64,000 nucleotides of DNA, from NCBI RefSeq assembly GCF_964204645.1, contig NC_134027.1, positions 21,662,560-21,726,559 on the forward strand, written 5' to 3'. This DNA is from Tubulanus polymorphus. Its lineage: Eukaryota > Animalia > Nemertea. Position 1 is the first letter of the stretch. Each line of letters opens with the position of its first letter. The position numbers and the translations under genes were made by a program. Positions 13,564 through 25,400 of this stretch are shown one piece after another. The notes under the pieces were generated by a model that was given only the letters and a program-made list of their open reading frames with translations, was not told the origin of the DNA and ran no database searches.

Positions 13564-15412
13564 TAGATAGCTGTGTAATTACTATCTTAAATGAAAATTT
13601 TAAATTCAAGAATACTTGTTGTAGGTTGATTAAGCGTACACGTAATGCTTGAGCCGTGCAAATAAATTCCTTATGCGCAGCGGCCTCCTCATGACTGAAA
13701 TCTTTTTAACAATCTTAGATTGTTTAGAGCATTTCAGAGCCTAAAATTCACAAAGCAATCAGAATTTTCAACTAAATCATGGAATCAACAAAGTCTAAAG
13801 CCCACATTATGCATGAAACATGAATAGGATTTTGAACATCTTTGTTAACCTGATTTGTACACCAGTAACCATGTATATACAAGAGATCTATTGCCCTGCC
13901 TTTATGAATACTACGGCGACTGCCAGTAACGCTCGGGATCAGTCCGTTTTGGTCCCAAATGATAATCTATTATCTAGCATTTATGTACACAAACTCTGTA
14001 GCCGGCCCCAAAGGGGCTTTGAATACCCACTATAGAATACGTGTATACAGAAATTAAAGTCTCAATAAAGAAATTGTGCGACTTGACAAGCATTATACCG
14101 AACACAACACTGATATATAAAACATTAATAGCACAACAAACAAAAAATAAAATCTCATCATACATTAGACTATGCTTTTTCTTCATTTGGGATGATAAAT
14201 ACGGTCGTTCCCTAGATTGATCCGATATCGAATCGATGATGAGGGAAAAGTGACATAAAAATTGCTGGAATTAAATAAAGAGAAGTTTGGTCTATAACCG
14301 AATTAATGATTGAAGTGTGAAAATAAAATATGTTTCCAGGGGCTGGTTCAACAGTCATTTTAACATAATCTTCTCAGTAATGTGGGGCCCGGACAGTTTG
14401 AGCGTCATCTCTATAGAAAAACACTTCAATCTACCATACCCACTCCGCGAAATGCCCCAATGGAGGAAAGACTCCAGAGGTAAATACCCTACCGAAACCG
14501 GTACTTGTGGCTTCTGCTGAAACCACAGGCTACCTGTGAGCAATTCGATGAGTCCTACTTGAAGATTACCAGGAATATATAACTTAAATTTCAATGTTTG
14601 GTTTGGAAGTAACTTGTGTTTCACGTTTATTGGAATTTCCCATTTATTTGGAGTATAGGTGATAATTGGACGAGGTTGCCATTGCCACGAAGATCAGAGA
14701 TGGATGTCCCATGTTAAACAAAATATTCCAGAATAAAAGGCAACAGGGGTATCAGGATTCTTACAGATCATGGAATCCAAACTTCCACGATTGTGATCAT
14801 CTGGTCGAAAAAATTCACAAAGCAATCGGCAATTTAACAGTAATTTAATTATCAACATTCAACAGTTATCTTCAAGTAGAATCACATGAATTGCTCACTA
14901 GTGCTAGCAATTTGCATCAGCATCAGCCATTTCAGAGTTCATAGTTTCCATGACCAGTATCATTGCATGACTTTCAAGGACCTTTTCAACCCCAAATCCA
15001 TGACCCGATTCGAATTGTACTAACTGTTAATAATAACTGTCCATCAATGACCACTCAAAACGACCCCTGTCCATGACTGTCATTCTTACCGGACTAGTAG
15101 ACCAAATAATACAATGACCAGATCTGATTTAATGTAGGCCTACACAATAGATTACGTGTGACCAAAAGCTTCAAAATGTATTCGCGTGGTAATCAGGCAG
15201 GGATTCGAGAACTTTAAAGCCCATTCCATGACTTTCAAAGACCGCCAAGAACCCTGTCATCTAGACGCTACAGCAATGCAATATGGCGACGAACTGAAAA
15301 GAATCAATAAGGCTAGGCTAACTACTAAAACCAATCAACCAATACATAAATCAAGCCCAGTTTTACCGTGAAACTTCCGTTCCCATTCGTTCCCCCTAAA
15401 ATGCGACACTTT

Positions 15413-16441
15413 TCACTTTCGTCGTTTGAAGAACAAAATGTACGAATTTTCTCGTATTAAACGCGTATTCAGTTCGAATTCCATGTTCACCTGCGTGATG
15501 TTCTCGTCGTCGAATTTATACCACGTGCCGTTCGTCTGGCACTGACAGAACGCGATGTAATGTCCGCACGACGTCGACTCGGCGCCGAGATGCACGCACA
15601 GCCCGTACAGATCGTAGATATACCCGTCCGACGTCGCCGTCAAGTCCTCGCGGTTGATCACGCTGTCGAACACCATGCCGCGCAGGTCGAGATTCTTCAA
15701 CGGAATATTCATCGGCGCGCGAATCTTCTTCAAACTGTCGCTCGACGCGCTGTACTGAAATCGCATCAACTGAACGACCAAACAATCGGGCAGTTGTCGA
15801 AGCAGCGATCGCTGTTGCCCGTTGGTCAGCGTCGCGTGCGGTTTACGATGCGCGACTTGGTTGACGCCGCCGACCGGCGTCGATGTCCGTATTTGATTAT
15901 CCTGGAATCCGCTGTCGTTGAACGCGGCGGCGCTCGCCTCGCCGTTATTGCGCGTGATCGGCGACATGAACGCCGATTGTCCGAGCGAAGATTGCTGCGC
16001 GACCGGCGTTTGACTGACAGCGGAGTCCGACGGCAGGCGTTCGCGCAGCAGCGCTTTTCGCATCAGGCTGATCGGCGTTTTCGCCGGTTTCTCCGAGCCG
16101 GGTTCGATTTCGACGACGTCGGCGTTAGTGCACGGACACTTCAAACCGTCTTCGCCGAATAAGACTTCGACGTTGCCGAACTTGCTCAGACAATCCTCGA
16201 GGAACACGATTCCCGATTGCCGGTGCGGACTGACGATCGGCAACGGCAGAACGCGGAACGTTTGAATTCCGGTCGACACGCGGTTGCAGTTCAGACAGTT
16301 TTGCATTTCGACTAGTTGACCGGTGAACAGGTCGTCGATTGCTGATCGGTTAAATTGTTTATACAGCAACCATTCTAAATCGGATAAACGCTGCATCGGC
16401 TCGGCGTGAGTGTCATTATCTAAACCATTCGATAGTTCGAT
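15413..16441 (-). CDS. USP terminal exon (finger/palm subdomains, His box)
   Basis: Acceptor tttgcag|ATC; CLNC zinc ligands, LPDCLVVQLMRF, GHY, FDD; ends in TGA. Confidence 0.93.
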   Translation of the reverse strand: MELSNGLDNDTHAEPMQRLSDLEWLLYKQFNRSAIDDLFTGQLVEMQNCLNCNRVSTGIQTFRVLPLPIVSPHRQSGIVFLEDCLSKFGNVEVLFGEDGLKCPCTNADVVEIEPGSEKPAKTPISLMRKALLRERLPSDSAVSQTPVAQQSSLGQSAFMSPITRNNGEASAAAFNDSGFQDNQIRTSTPVGGVNQVAHRKPHATLTNGQQRSLLRQLPDCLVVQLMRFQYSASSDSLKKIRAPMNIPLKNLDLRGMVFDSVINREDLTATSDGYIYDLYGLCVHLGAESTSCGHYIAFCQCQTNGTWYKFDDENITQVNMEFELNTRLIRENSYILFFKRRK

Positions 16442-19400
16442 CTGCAAATAAAATGAAAATGGCAAATTTATGCGAGTACTTACTACTGTCCCTCACACCT
16501 TCACTCTGCACGTTTCATTCTGTAAATTTGTTAATTATCAGTAAATCTATCTTTACTCAGTGTTTTCAATTAAAGCCAGGTCCCAGGTCCCAGGTCCCAG
16601 ACCCGTCTGTCGTTTGTTAAGGACCCGCCTGTTTTTTTCAAAACAGCTTTCATTTCCGGGACTGTGACATATTATGGGACCCTCCTGTTTTTCAAAGGGA
16701 CCTGGCTTGTTAATTTCTTATTGAAAACACTGTTACTATAGCCTATGCATCAATTTGTTCAGTGAGGATTTTGCATTCAGAAATAAATGATGATTTTTCC
16801 TCGAATTACTTCCGTTTTCATTTTGCTTACATATCTACACTCGGAGACGTTGCTATCACATCATCACCTATTCGTCTGCATCCTACATTTTTTCGCAAAA
16901 TGTAATAGCCTCTACTATGTTTAACATAGTCAGTAGGCAATGCCACCCACCTTACACAGACCACGGAAGCCGTTTTTAGACATTAAGCGAGCGTATTCTA
17001 GGTAAACATGATAGATGATAATTAAAAAAAGAAGTTTATGTGAATTATCATTTTCAGTTCTGAATGTTAAATGCCTACAGAACAAATCGATGCATATATA
17101 CAGATCACAATCAATTAACAAAATTTTGCATTGAAACGTCACACAGAGAGCATGTGTGACAGACAGTAAATGGATAGTCCCATAGTCCTAAGTTTTTTCA
17201 CGTTAAGATACAACAACAAGCAGATATGGATCAATATTGGGACAGATGATTAAAAATTAAAATTTCTATAGCACCTACAAATTCTGAGCATCACAGCATT
17301 TTCATGAAGTCAAAATCAGGATCAAAATTATTTTCGACTCTTTCTCGTTTTTCACATTTTCCCCACAATTTTTAAGCAGACATCCATTTTTCAGATTTCT
17401 AAGATCATTCTCGTCCAATGAAATGAGCAAAAAAAGGCAGAGGAGTTTTTCTCTTACCTCGCGTAGACACGCTCGTTTCAATTCGTCGATTTTCTGCGGA
17501 GTTAGATCGCCATATATGAATGTCAACATGGCCAACGTAGGACTGTAAAACCGATCATCGCTTGCACCTAATAAACAAAATATTCATATAATACACACCG
17601 TTTAAAAAAAGTGGCCACTTTTATATGACTTGCTCTTCCTGAAACAGTTTGATTTTACGCGCGATTTAGCTGTCATGACAAATATCTCTTAGTTGTCCTT
17701 GATTTTAAGCTTCCCCCCCCAAAATTCCCTGAATATTCCCGACTCTCAGGTAAGTGGCCACCCTGTTTGATGCCAGGGCCAATTAGACCAAGGCTTAATC
17801 CACATTCAAAGCCAAATCTTCAGCCGGAACTAGTAGGGCCTAGAACAATTTTCAGAGTGACCACAACATCAAGCGAAGAGTCTTAAGTCCATTCTGGTAG
17901 TCATGTTAAAGCACTAAAAAAAGAACATTGTTGCAAATTATTTGCTGCCAGTACCATAGTCGCAATATAATAGGGAAGCTTTAAACTACTACAGAATGAA
18001 GTCTACGCAGTCTAACTGTGACAATCTAGGATTCTGATTGCGGCAAGCGAGGTGGACCCCCAAGTGACAAAAGTCTAGTTAGACATGACTGCTAGTCTTT
18101 TCATGTCGGAGATGAAACTTAATTGCAAATTAACTAAGTGAAGCAACTTCATGAAAGTGAATCCAATTGAAGAATAAGTATTACAGCTATTCAGCGCTTA
18201 GACTAAAATCCTAAAAAAGTAAAATATATTGATGCCACTATAGACTCCTAAATAGGCTAATTGTTAGATTTCAAAATACCATGGACTACTTACCCGAAGA
18301 GGACAAATCCATTGCGTTGTGCAAATTATCGAGGAGCCACATGAGAAATTCGCTCGCGTCTTGTTGAACCTGTTTCTCGTCGCCGGTCGCGAACAATTCG
18401 CAGTCCAAACTCTTGATCGCCGTTTGCAATTGCTTCGTGGCGATATCGCGGAACACGTTATTCGCTGGCGGGGCGCACAGCGGCTGCACGACTTCGTTAA
18501 ACGCCGATACGAAATATTCGCGATTCGGCGCCAATTCGCCGTTCGACAACGACTGACCGACCGAACTCGCCAGATTCGGACTGTGCGCCAGACACTGCAG
18601 TATCGAGTTCATGAAACATAGATTTTCGTCGTCGTCGTTCTTCAGGCCGGGAGGCCGATTGATCGACGACATGAAACTGAACGCCGAACGGATTTTCGAG
18701 GCGAGCGAAAACGTACCGGACGACGCGCCGTGATACGAACCGACGACGCGGAGAGGCTGATGCAGATTCGGCGCGGAGTAAGCAGTCAGACGATCGTCGA
18801 CGCCGGCCGATGGCGAAACCGGAGGACCCCAACGAGTTCTCCGACGCGTCGTATTATAGCTAGGAGATTGAGGGGGTGGTACGGCGTGTAGGGGTCGTCG
18901 AACTGATACGTGAAACCTGAAAACAAAACAGCAAGATGAGCAAATTTATCAGTTCTGCTGTGTATATCCCAGCACACCACAATTCAACCATGCTCTCAGC
19001 TAATGGGTAAAACACTGATTGCTTCCAGAAATAGACTTTTGGCCTTTATTCAGTCATTTCATTTACAGGGTGACCACAATTCTTCTTTCAAATTCCATCT
19101 TGCCGCAATAAAAAAAAACAGCGTTGACAGACTCAAGCAGTTTTAGCAAGCCCAGTAAATAGTCTGACTTTCAGCTGGGCCCTCAAATATTTTGAAGGAA
19201 TTTCAACATTTACTATATGAAAGGAAGATACATGGAGACCATCGGCAAACACAATTCACTGGGAAAATGTGCAGGCAAAGCAAACACCATTTCTTGTTTT
19301 ACATCAAATACTCCCCTTTTTTCAACATTGTGGGGTAGGGTTATGTAGCTTATGGTGCTTTGAAATTGTCCGGGGGGAATTGCCCTAGAATCCCGAGCAG

Positions 19401-22400
19401 TTTGATAGGTGCTCAGGAGTCATCTATCAGACCTGGTATACATTTATTCCAGGGTGGAGAAAGGCAATGAGGAAAACTGATTCTAGGACAATTACCCCCG
19501 GACAATCCCCCTGGACAATTGCCCCCATACAATAGTAAATTTTAACCCTAAAGTAGCACGGATACTTACTTCTGATAAATTAGACTAACTAACTTAGAAC
19601 TAACTAAATTTAGACTAGCTAACTAACTTTAGCTAAATACTTCGTTAAACACTAAAACTCATTCCAATAAATTAGTCACTAATAAGTGGACTCAGTGTCC
19701 TTCGATTTGTTAAGTGGATTATAGTTACTTGAGGATGGATTTTTTAAGTTTTGATCTGCTGAAGTAACACTTAAACTAATTCAGATAAATGTATTGATAT
19801 ATTAAAACGTGAAGAAGCGCTTAACGAATTGGAAATAAACCAGATGATTGGTGGGCAAGCGCCTCCACCAATGCGTAGAAAATACCAAGATCCTTCACAA
19901 CGCTTGTTGAGGCTGGTTAGACAGCATGGAAACCGGCACATCCTAGATTATTCGCATGGGATTGCACACAACATCAGAGTGTAAGAAGAATACAATGTCA
20001 TTCCATATCTTATAAATCTATATTCAATAAAATACAAATGAATTTCTAAGTAAAGTTGTTGTTGGTTATATGAAGTAGGCCTATTTAGGTGGTGTTAATC
20101 CAGATTTTAAAGGATTTACTTCGGGCGAGGGGGAATTGTCCTGATAGGGCTGCTCGGATGTTTCTTCTACCCAGGGAGCGATGACTGATAGGAATAGGCT
20201 AGGGGTAATAATACCAAATTTGGAGCGCATTTGAACGGACTCTGGTTAGGATACCTGCGCTATATAAAGGACAACTATTATTGTAATTCTGAACCAATAC
20301 AGACTCACATTACGACATTGAACATCGCTATACTGACCGATTAGATGGATCCTGTTGTTGTTGTTGTTGGAAGTGCTGTTGTTGACCGCTGCCGCTTTGA
20401 GCGCCGACGACCTGGTTTTCGTGCAGGCTATTCCACGATCGTTGCAGATTGTTCGAGATCTCCATGCTCTCTTCGTGCTGTTGGAATTCGTCCCATCGAT
20501 TTTCGAGCCGCGTCAGCCAGTCGTGCAGGTGTACGCGGCCGTGGATCGCCGCGTAGAACACCGTCGCGAAACTGATCACGAACAGAATGTGCGGCGTGTG
20601 ACTGACGAGGTAAATCACGACGCCGAGGATGAACAGAACGAGCGCCTCGTACAGCCACACGTATCGTTTCTCCGCATCGCTCCTAAAATTGAAAAAAAAA
20701 AAATGTATTTCAGGGGTGGATGTAGGAATAAGGGGGCCTTAACTGTCCTAGGCCTAGGCCTACAGGCTATCACCCCGGCCTCCCCTAAGAAAATTTGAAA
20801 ACAATTACTATTTTCTGAGCATCTGGAGTGATTGTTCAACAAATTTACCATTCAGGGTGGCCACTCTCCACCAATTTGCAAATTCTTTAAGTTTTCCCTG
20901 AGTTTTTCTATGTTATAACAAATAATTCCCAGAGTAAATTCGAGGAATTTCTTGGTTCCAAATGTTATAATTCATTCATTTCTACAAGAACATCCAGTTT
21001 TCCAGTTATCTTTTTGCAAATTGTGTCAAATTCACAGAGATATTTCAGATTTTTTTCTGATTCCGGCCTGTGATATTATATTCGTAAAAAGGGGCACTCT
21101 AAAGCTAAGCATACATCGACAAAGCGACTGGAGACAACTAGTTGCTAGTGAGCGAGTACCCGCGCACATCGAAAATTTAGTAAAAACCAGCAACTGCGTG
21201 GCTCATGCCGGTCGCTAGGTCCATAGCGCACACATCGACAGCAACTGAGATGTGGTTTAGCAAATATTCTTGAGGGCATCACAAGTCACGTGACAAATAG
21301 CTTTGTTTTAGTCAGTTACAACCACGTGTTGTTGATTATGGAGCGCTCACATCGACGGATATGAGAGCAACTGAGTACAACTAGTTGCTCAAAAGTAGAA
21401 CATGAGCAACTGGGTGGAACTGGAGATAGATGGACGCTAACCAGTCGTAAGCTCGCTCACATCGACAAATTCGAGCAACTGATTGTATCCAGCCAGTTGC
21501 TCTCATGCGCCGAAAACTGCCTGGCAACTAGTTGTCTCCAATCGCAGTGTCGATGTGCGCTAGGCTTTAAATCCACCTGCTGCATTTTAGACATAATGGA
21601 TTACTGCCTTAGCCTACAATCACATTCATGGCTGCTCCTTATACACCTGAGCTGGGTTCCATGTGCGCGAAACAAAATAATCCCTGGAACATTTTGAAAA
21701 ATGTCATTTATATTAAACTGCACGGTTTCTGATTGGTTACTAAGGTGGATAGTATGATAACCACACTCAAACGTGGTGAACAGATGATAAGATAAAAACC
21801 CCCAATTTATTTATTGAAACAATCTAAAATGTAAAAACTTGACGTTTTGATCTCACCCTAGAGATCATCGTCAGGCGTGAGATAAAGACAAAAAACAGGG
21901 GTATATATACAGAGGAGAACAGGTTAATTGAGTAAAATGGTGAGTGATATCCAAATTCAACTCTCGGCTTCCAAATCCTCCTTATGCTTATGGTCTTCCT
22001 AAAATTGATAAACCCAATTCACCTTTAAGACCGATCATTTCTAATATCAATTCTCCATCATATCGGCTCTCCAAATATCTGGCTAAAGTACTCTCCCCGG
22101 CTGTGGGTACTTTTTCACAAAGATTCTCACATTCGGCACAATATGGATCTTTAAGACAATCTTAAAAAATCTCAAACCTAATGGCCAAAAATTCATAACT
22201 TTCGACGCTATATCTTTGTTTACAAATAAACCATTGGAACCAACTCTCAATTTCTTAAGAAGAAAACTCCCGGACTCCAATCTTGATCTCCCGATTCCTG
22301 TAGATTGCTTACTTGAACTTTTGGAGCTCTGTACAACCAATCTATACTTCCAATTCCAAGACAAATTCTATGAACAAATTTTCGGTTTCACTTTGGGTAA

Positions 22401-25400
22401 CCCATTATCCCCCATTTTGGCTAATCGTTTCCTTGAACATTTTGAATCCGAAATTCTTCCAAATTACACTGGCTCTAAAGCTAACTTTTGGATTAGATAT
22501 ATGTCGATGACATTCTGTGCTTAGTTTCTAATGATTTTGATCTTAACTCTTCTATTGACTTCATCAACTCCCAATATCCATCTTTGAAATTCACTTTTGA
22601 ATGGAAACAAAATGACCAAATTCCGTTTTTAGATGTTCTTATACACAACAAATATTCTCATTTGATTTTTACAGTCTATCGTCAACCGATCAACGCTGAG
22701 GCATATTTCCATTTCTTTTCATTTACTGCTAAATCAATCGAAATTGGTCTGTCTCGCTCAAGGCCTCTTTCTCCGTGCACTGCGGATCTGCGATGAAACC
22801 TTCCTTTCGGATGAATTTGACCATATATCCAACTCTCTTAAAAAATTGGCTTACCCTGATCACATTCTTAAAATCGCTATTTCTAAGTCTAAACGTACTT
22901 TCTTTAATTCTAAACCTCCAGAAAATAAAAAACACATTTCAGAATTCATTGTAGTTCCGTATGTACTTGTTTTGGAAAAGATTCGTCTCTCTCTCCCTTT
23001 ATTGGATAAACAAATCATTTTCACGTATGAAAACAAAATTAGCAAGACTTTGGTAAAAAAACAATCAATCTAAACCTTTGGACTGCGGAGTTTACAAAAT
23101 TCCTTGTTTTGGCTGTGATAAAATTTACTTTGGAGAAACTGGTCGTGATTTAAAAACTCGAATTTCGGAACACAAAAAGGATGTAATAAATCAAAAATTA
23201 CAATTTTTGGAACTAAAATTTGTATTTCCGAGTAGTACTTACCCTTTCCTATGGTTTTTGCCAATATTTTCTAAATTTGGATTTATCGCCAATGGTTTTT
23301 CTATACGACCCGGCCCTGCGGTATTGCATTTAGCCACCGGCGAAATCCGCCATCTTTTTTCGTCATAGCAGACCAAAAAAAAAAAAACAGCTATGCGGGG
23401 CAGGTGGGCGGGATTCCCACCATAGGAAAGGGTAAGTACTACTCGGAAATACAAATTTTAGTTCCAAAAATTGTAATATTTCCATCGAGTACTGTACCCT
23501 TTCCTATGGTTTTTGCTAGACTAGCCTAGCACAAGGATGGTGGGAAAGGTAGATAGAAAAACCACCGCTCAAACGCAAGGTAAGAGGGAAAAAGAGAGCA
23601 CTTACCCAAGCACGGAATGGAGCACTGTAGCACAGGGAAGACCGGTTGGCCACAGTGAGTCCGTCCAGCTCAGGAGCCCCCCCCCAGAATTTTGCGAAAT
23701 TAATACTTGCAGATATGAGCCCAAACTATGTACAAGGATACACCCCCTGTGATCCTGATAATGCTACATAAATATTCTACACTAAAGGGTCCGATCGGAA
23801 AGAACGGACACCTTGAGCCATGACCACAGGACCAAGTGAAGCTAATGAGCCTAACTGGCCTGAAACATCCCGTAAATAAAATGATGTGAATGTCGACGGT
23901 GAATTCCAAAAGGCGGCCCGACAGACTTCCTCCAACGGAGCACCCGAAAAGGCAGCGCAGGAAGTAGCCATAGACCTCACTTGATGAGAAACGACTCCCT
24001 CCGAGGAAAGATTCTCCTTCAATAAAATGTCCTTGATCATTGAAGAGACCCATCGGGCTACTGTGTCCCGCGAAATATCACCCTTTAGGTGATCCAGCAG
24101 CGGAATAAATAACCGCTCCCGTGAACCCCTCCGTGAAGCAGAGCGATCTAAATAGAAACACAACGCCCGCACAGGACATAAAGTCCTGTCCGGGATGCCC
24201 GGTTCCACTCGATGTTTTAGGGCTTCAATTCGCCATTGACGCCCAACCGAGCCTGGTCGTTGGTTCTTTGCCAAAAATTCCAAAGCAGGCCGCAGCGAAA
24301 CAAATTCATTCGCTGGCCCAAAGACAATGTGACCTTGTCGGACTGAAAGCGCATGAATCTCAGAGCGACGGGCCGAGCAAGCCAAGAACAGCAAAAATAC
24401 AGTCTTTTTTGACAAATTTGCAAAAGACGCTGCCGAAAGAGGTTCAAATGGAGCCTCCATTAACTTCTTCAAAATTACAGACAGATCCCATGGTGGAACT
24501 GTCCTTGTTACCCGAGGCCGGGAAATAGAAAACCCAGCAACCAGCTGGGATATCCGATGATCCCCTGCTACATTTGGCCATCCAGAAGCACGCAATGTAT
24601 GAGAAATCGCGGAGCGGTAACCTTTAATAGTTATGACCTGTAAACCTTTTGCTACAAATAGGTGCAGTAAAAAATCTGCCAATTGAGCTACAGAGGGTGA
24701 GCATGGATCAATTTCCCCTGCAGCACACCAATCCGCAAAATGACTCCATTTGGCATCGTAAATGGTACTTGTTGATGGCCGCTTAGATCCTGCGATAAAG
24801 GAGGCAGCCTGTTCTGAAAAGCCTGAAGCTGACAAGGATCGCTGGACAATGGCCAGGCGAGCAGATTTAACCACTGGCTGTTTGGATGATGCCGAAAGAT
24901 CCCCTGAGACAGAAGCAATGGGAAATTCGGAAGAATCCTGGGGTTGTCGCACAGTAGGTTGAGAAGTGGTAGGAACCATTTCTGAGCCGGCCAACATGGT
25001 GCTACCAGAACTATGTTGCAATTGACTGATCTCTCTATTTGATCCAGTAGGCGCGGCAGGACTGGTGTGGGCGGGAACGCATACGCATGCATCCCCGACC
25101 AGTCCAGAGAGAAGGCATCGACCCCCCACGCTTCCGCGTCTGGAAACGGGGACACAAACAGAGGACACCTCCGATTGAACCGGGTGGCAAACAGATCCAG
25201 CAGCGGATTGCCAAAAATGCCCCGAACCCGATCGGCTACTTCTTGGTGGAGAACCCATTCTGTCGCAATAGCTTGACCTCGACGAGACAGAGCATCGGCC
25301 ATCACGTTCCTTTTCCCTGCTAAATGTGCCACAGTCAGGGACACGCCCTTTGTCTGGCACCAAAGAAGAATTTTGGCCGACAGACCTGTGAGGGTTTCTG

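Noticed and set aside
15516-16162. Alternative-frame and antisense ORFs over USP exons (also 18319-18832, 20345-20798)
   Set aside because: Shadows of CG-rich coding sequence with no motifs.
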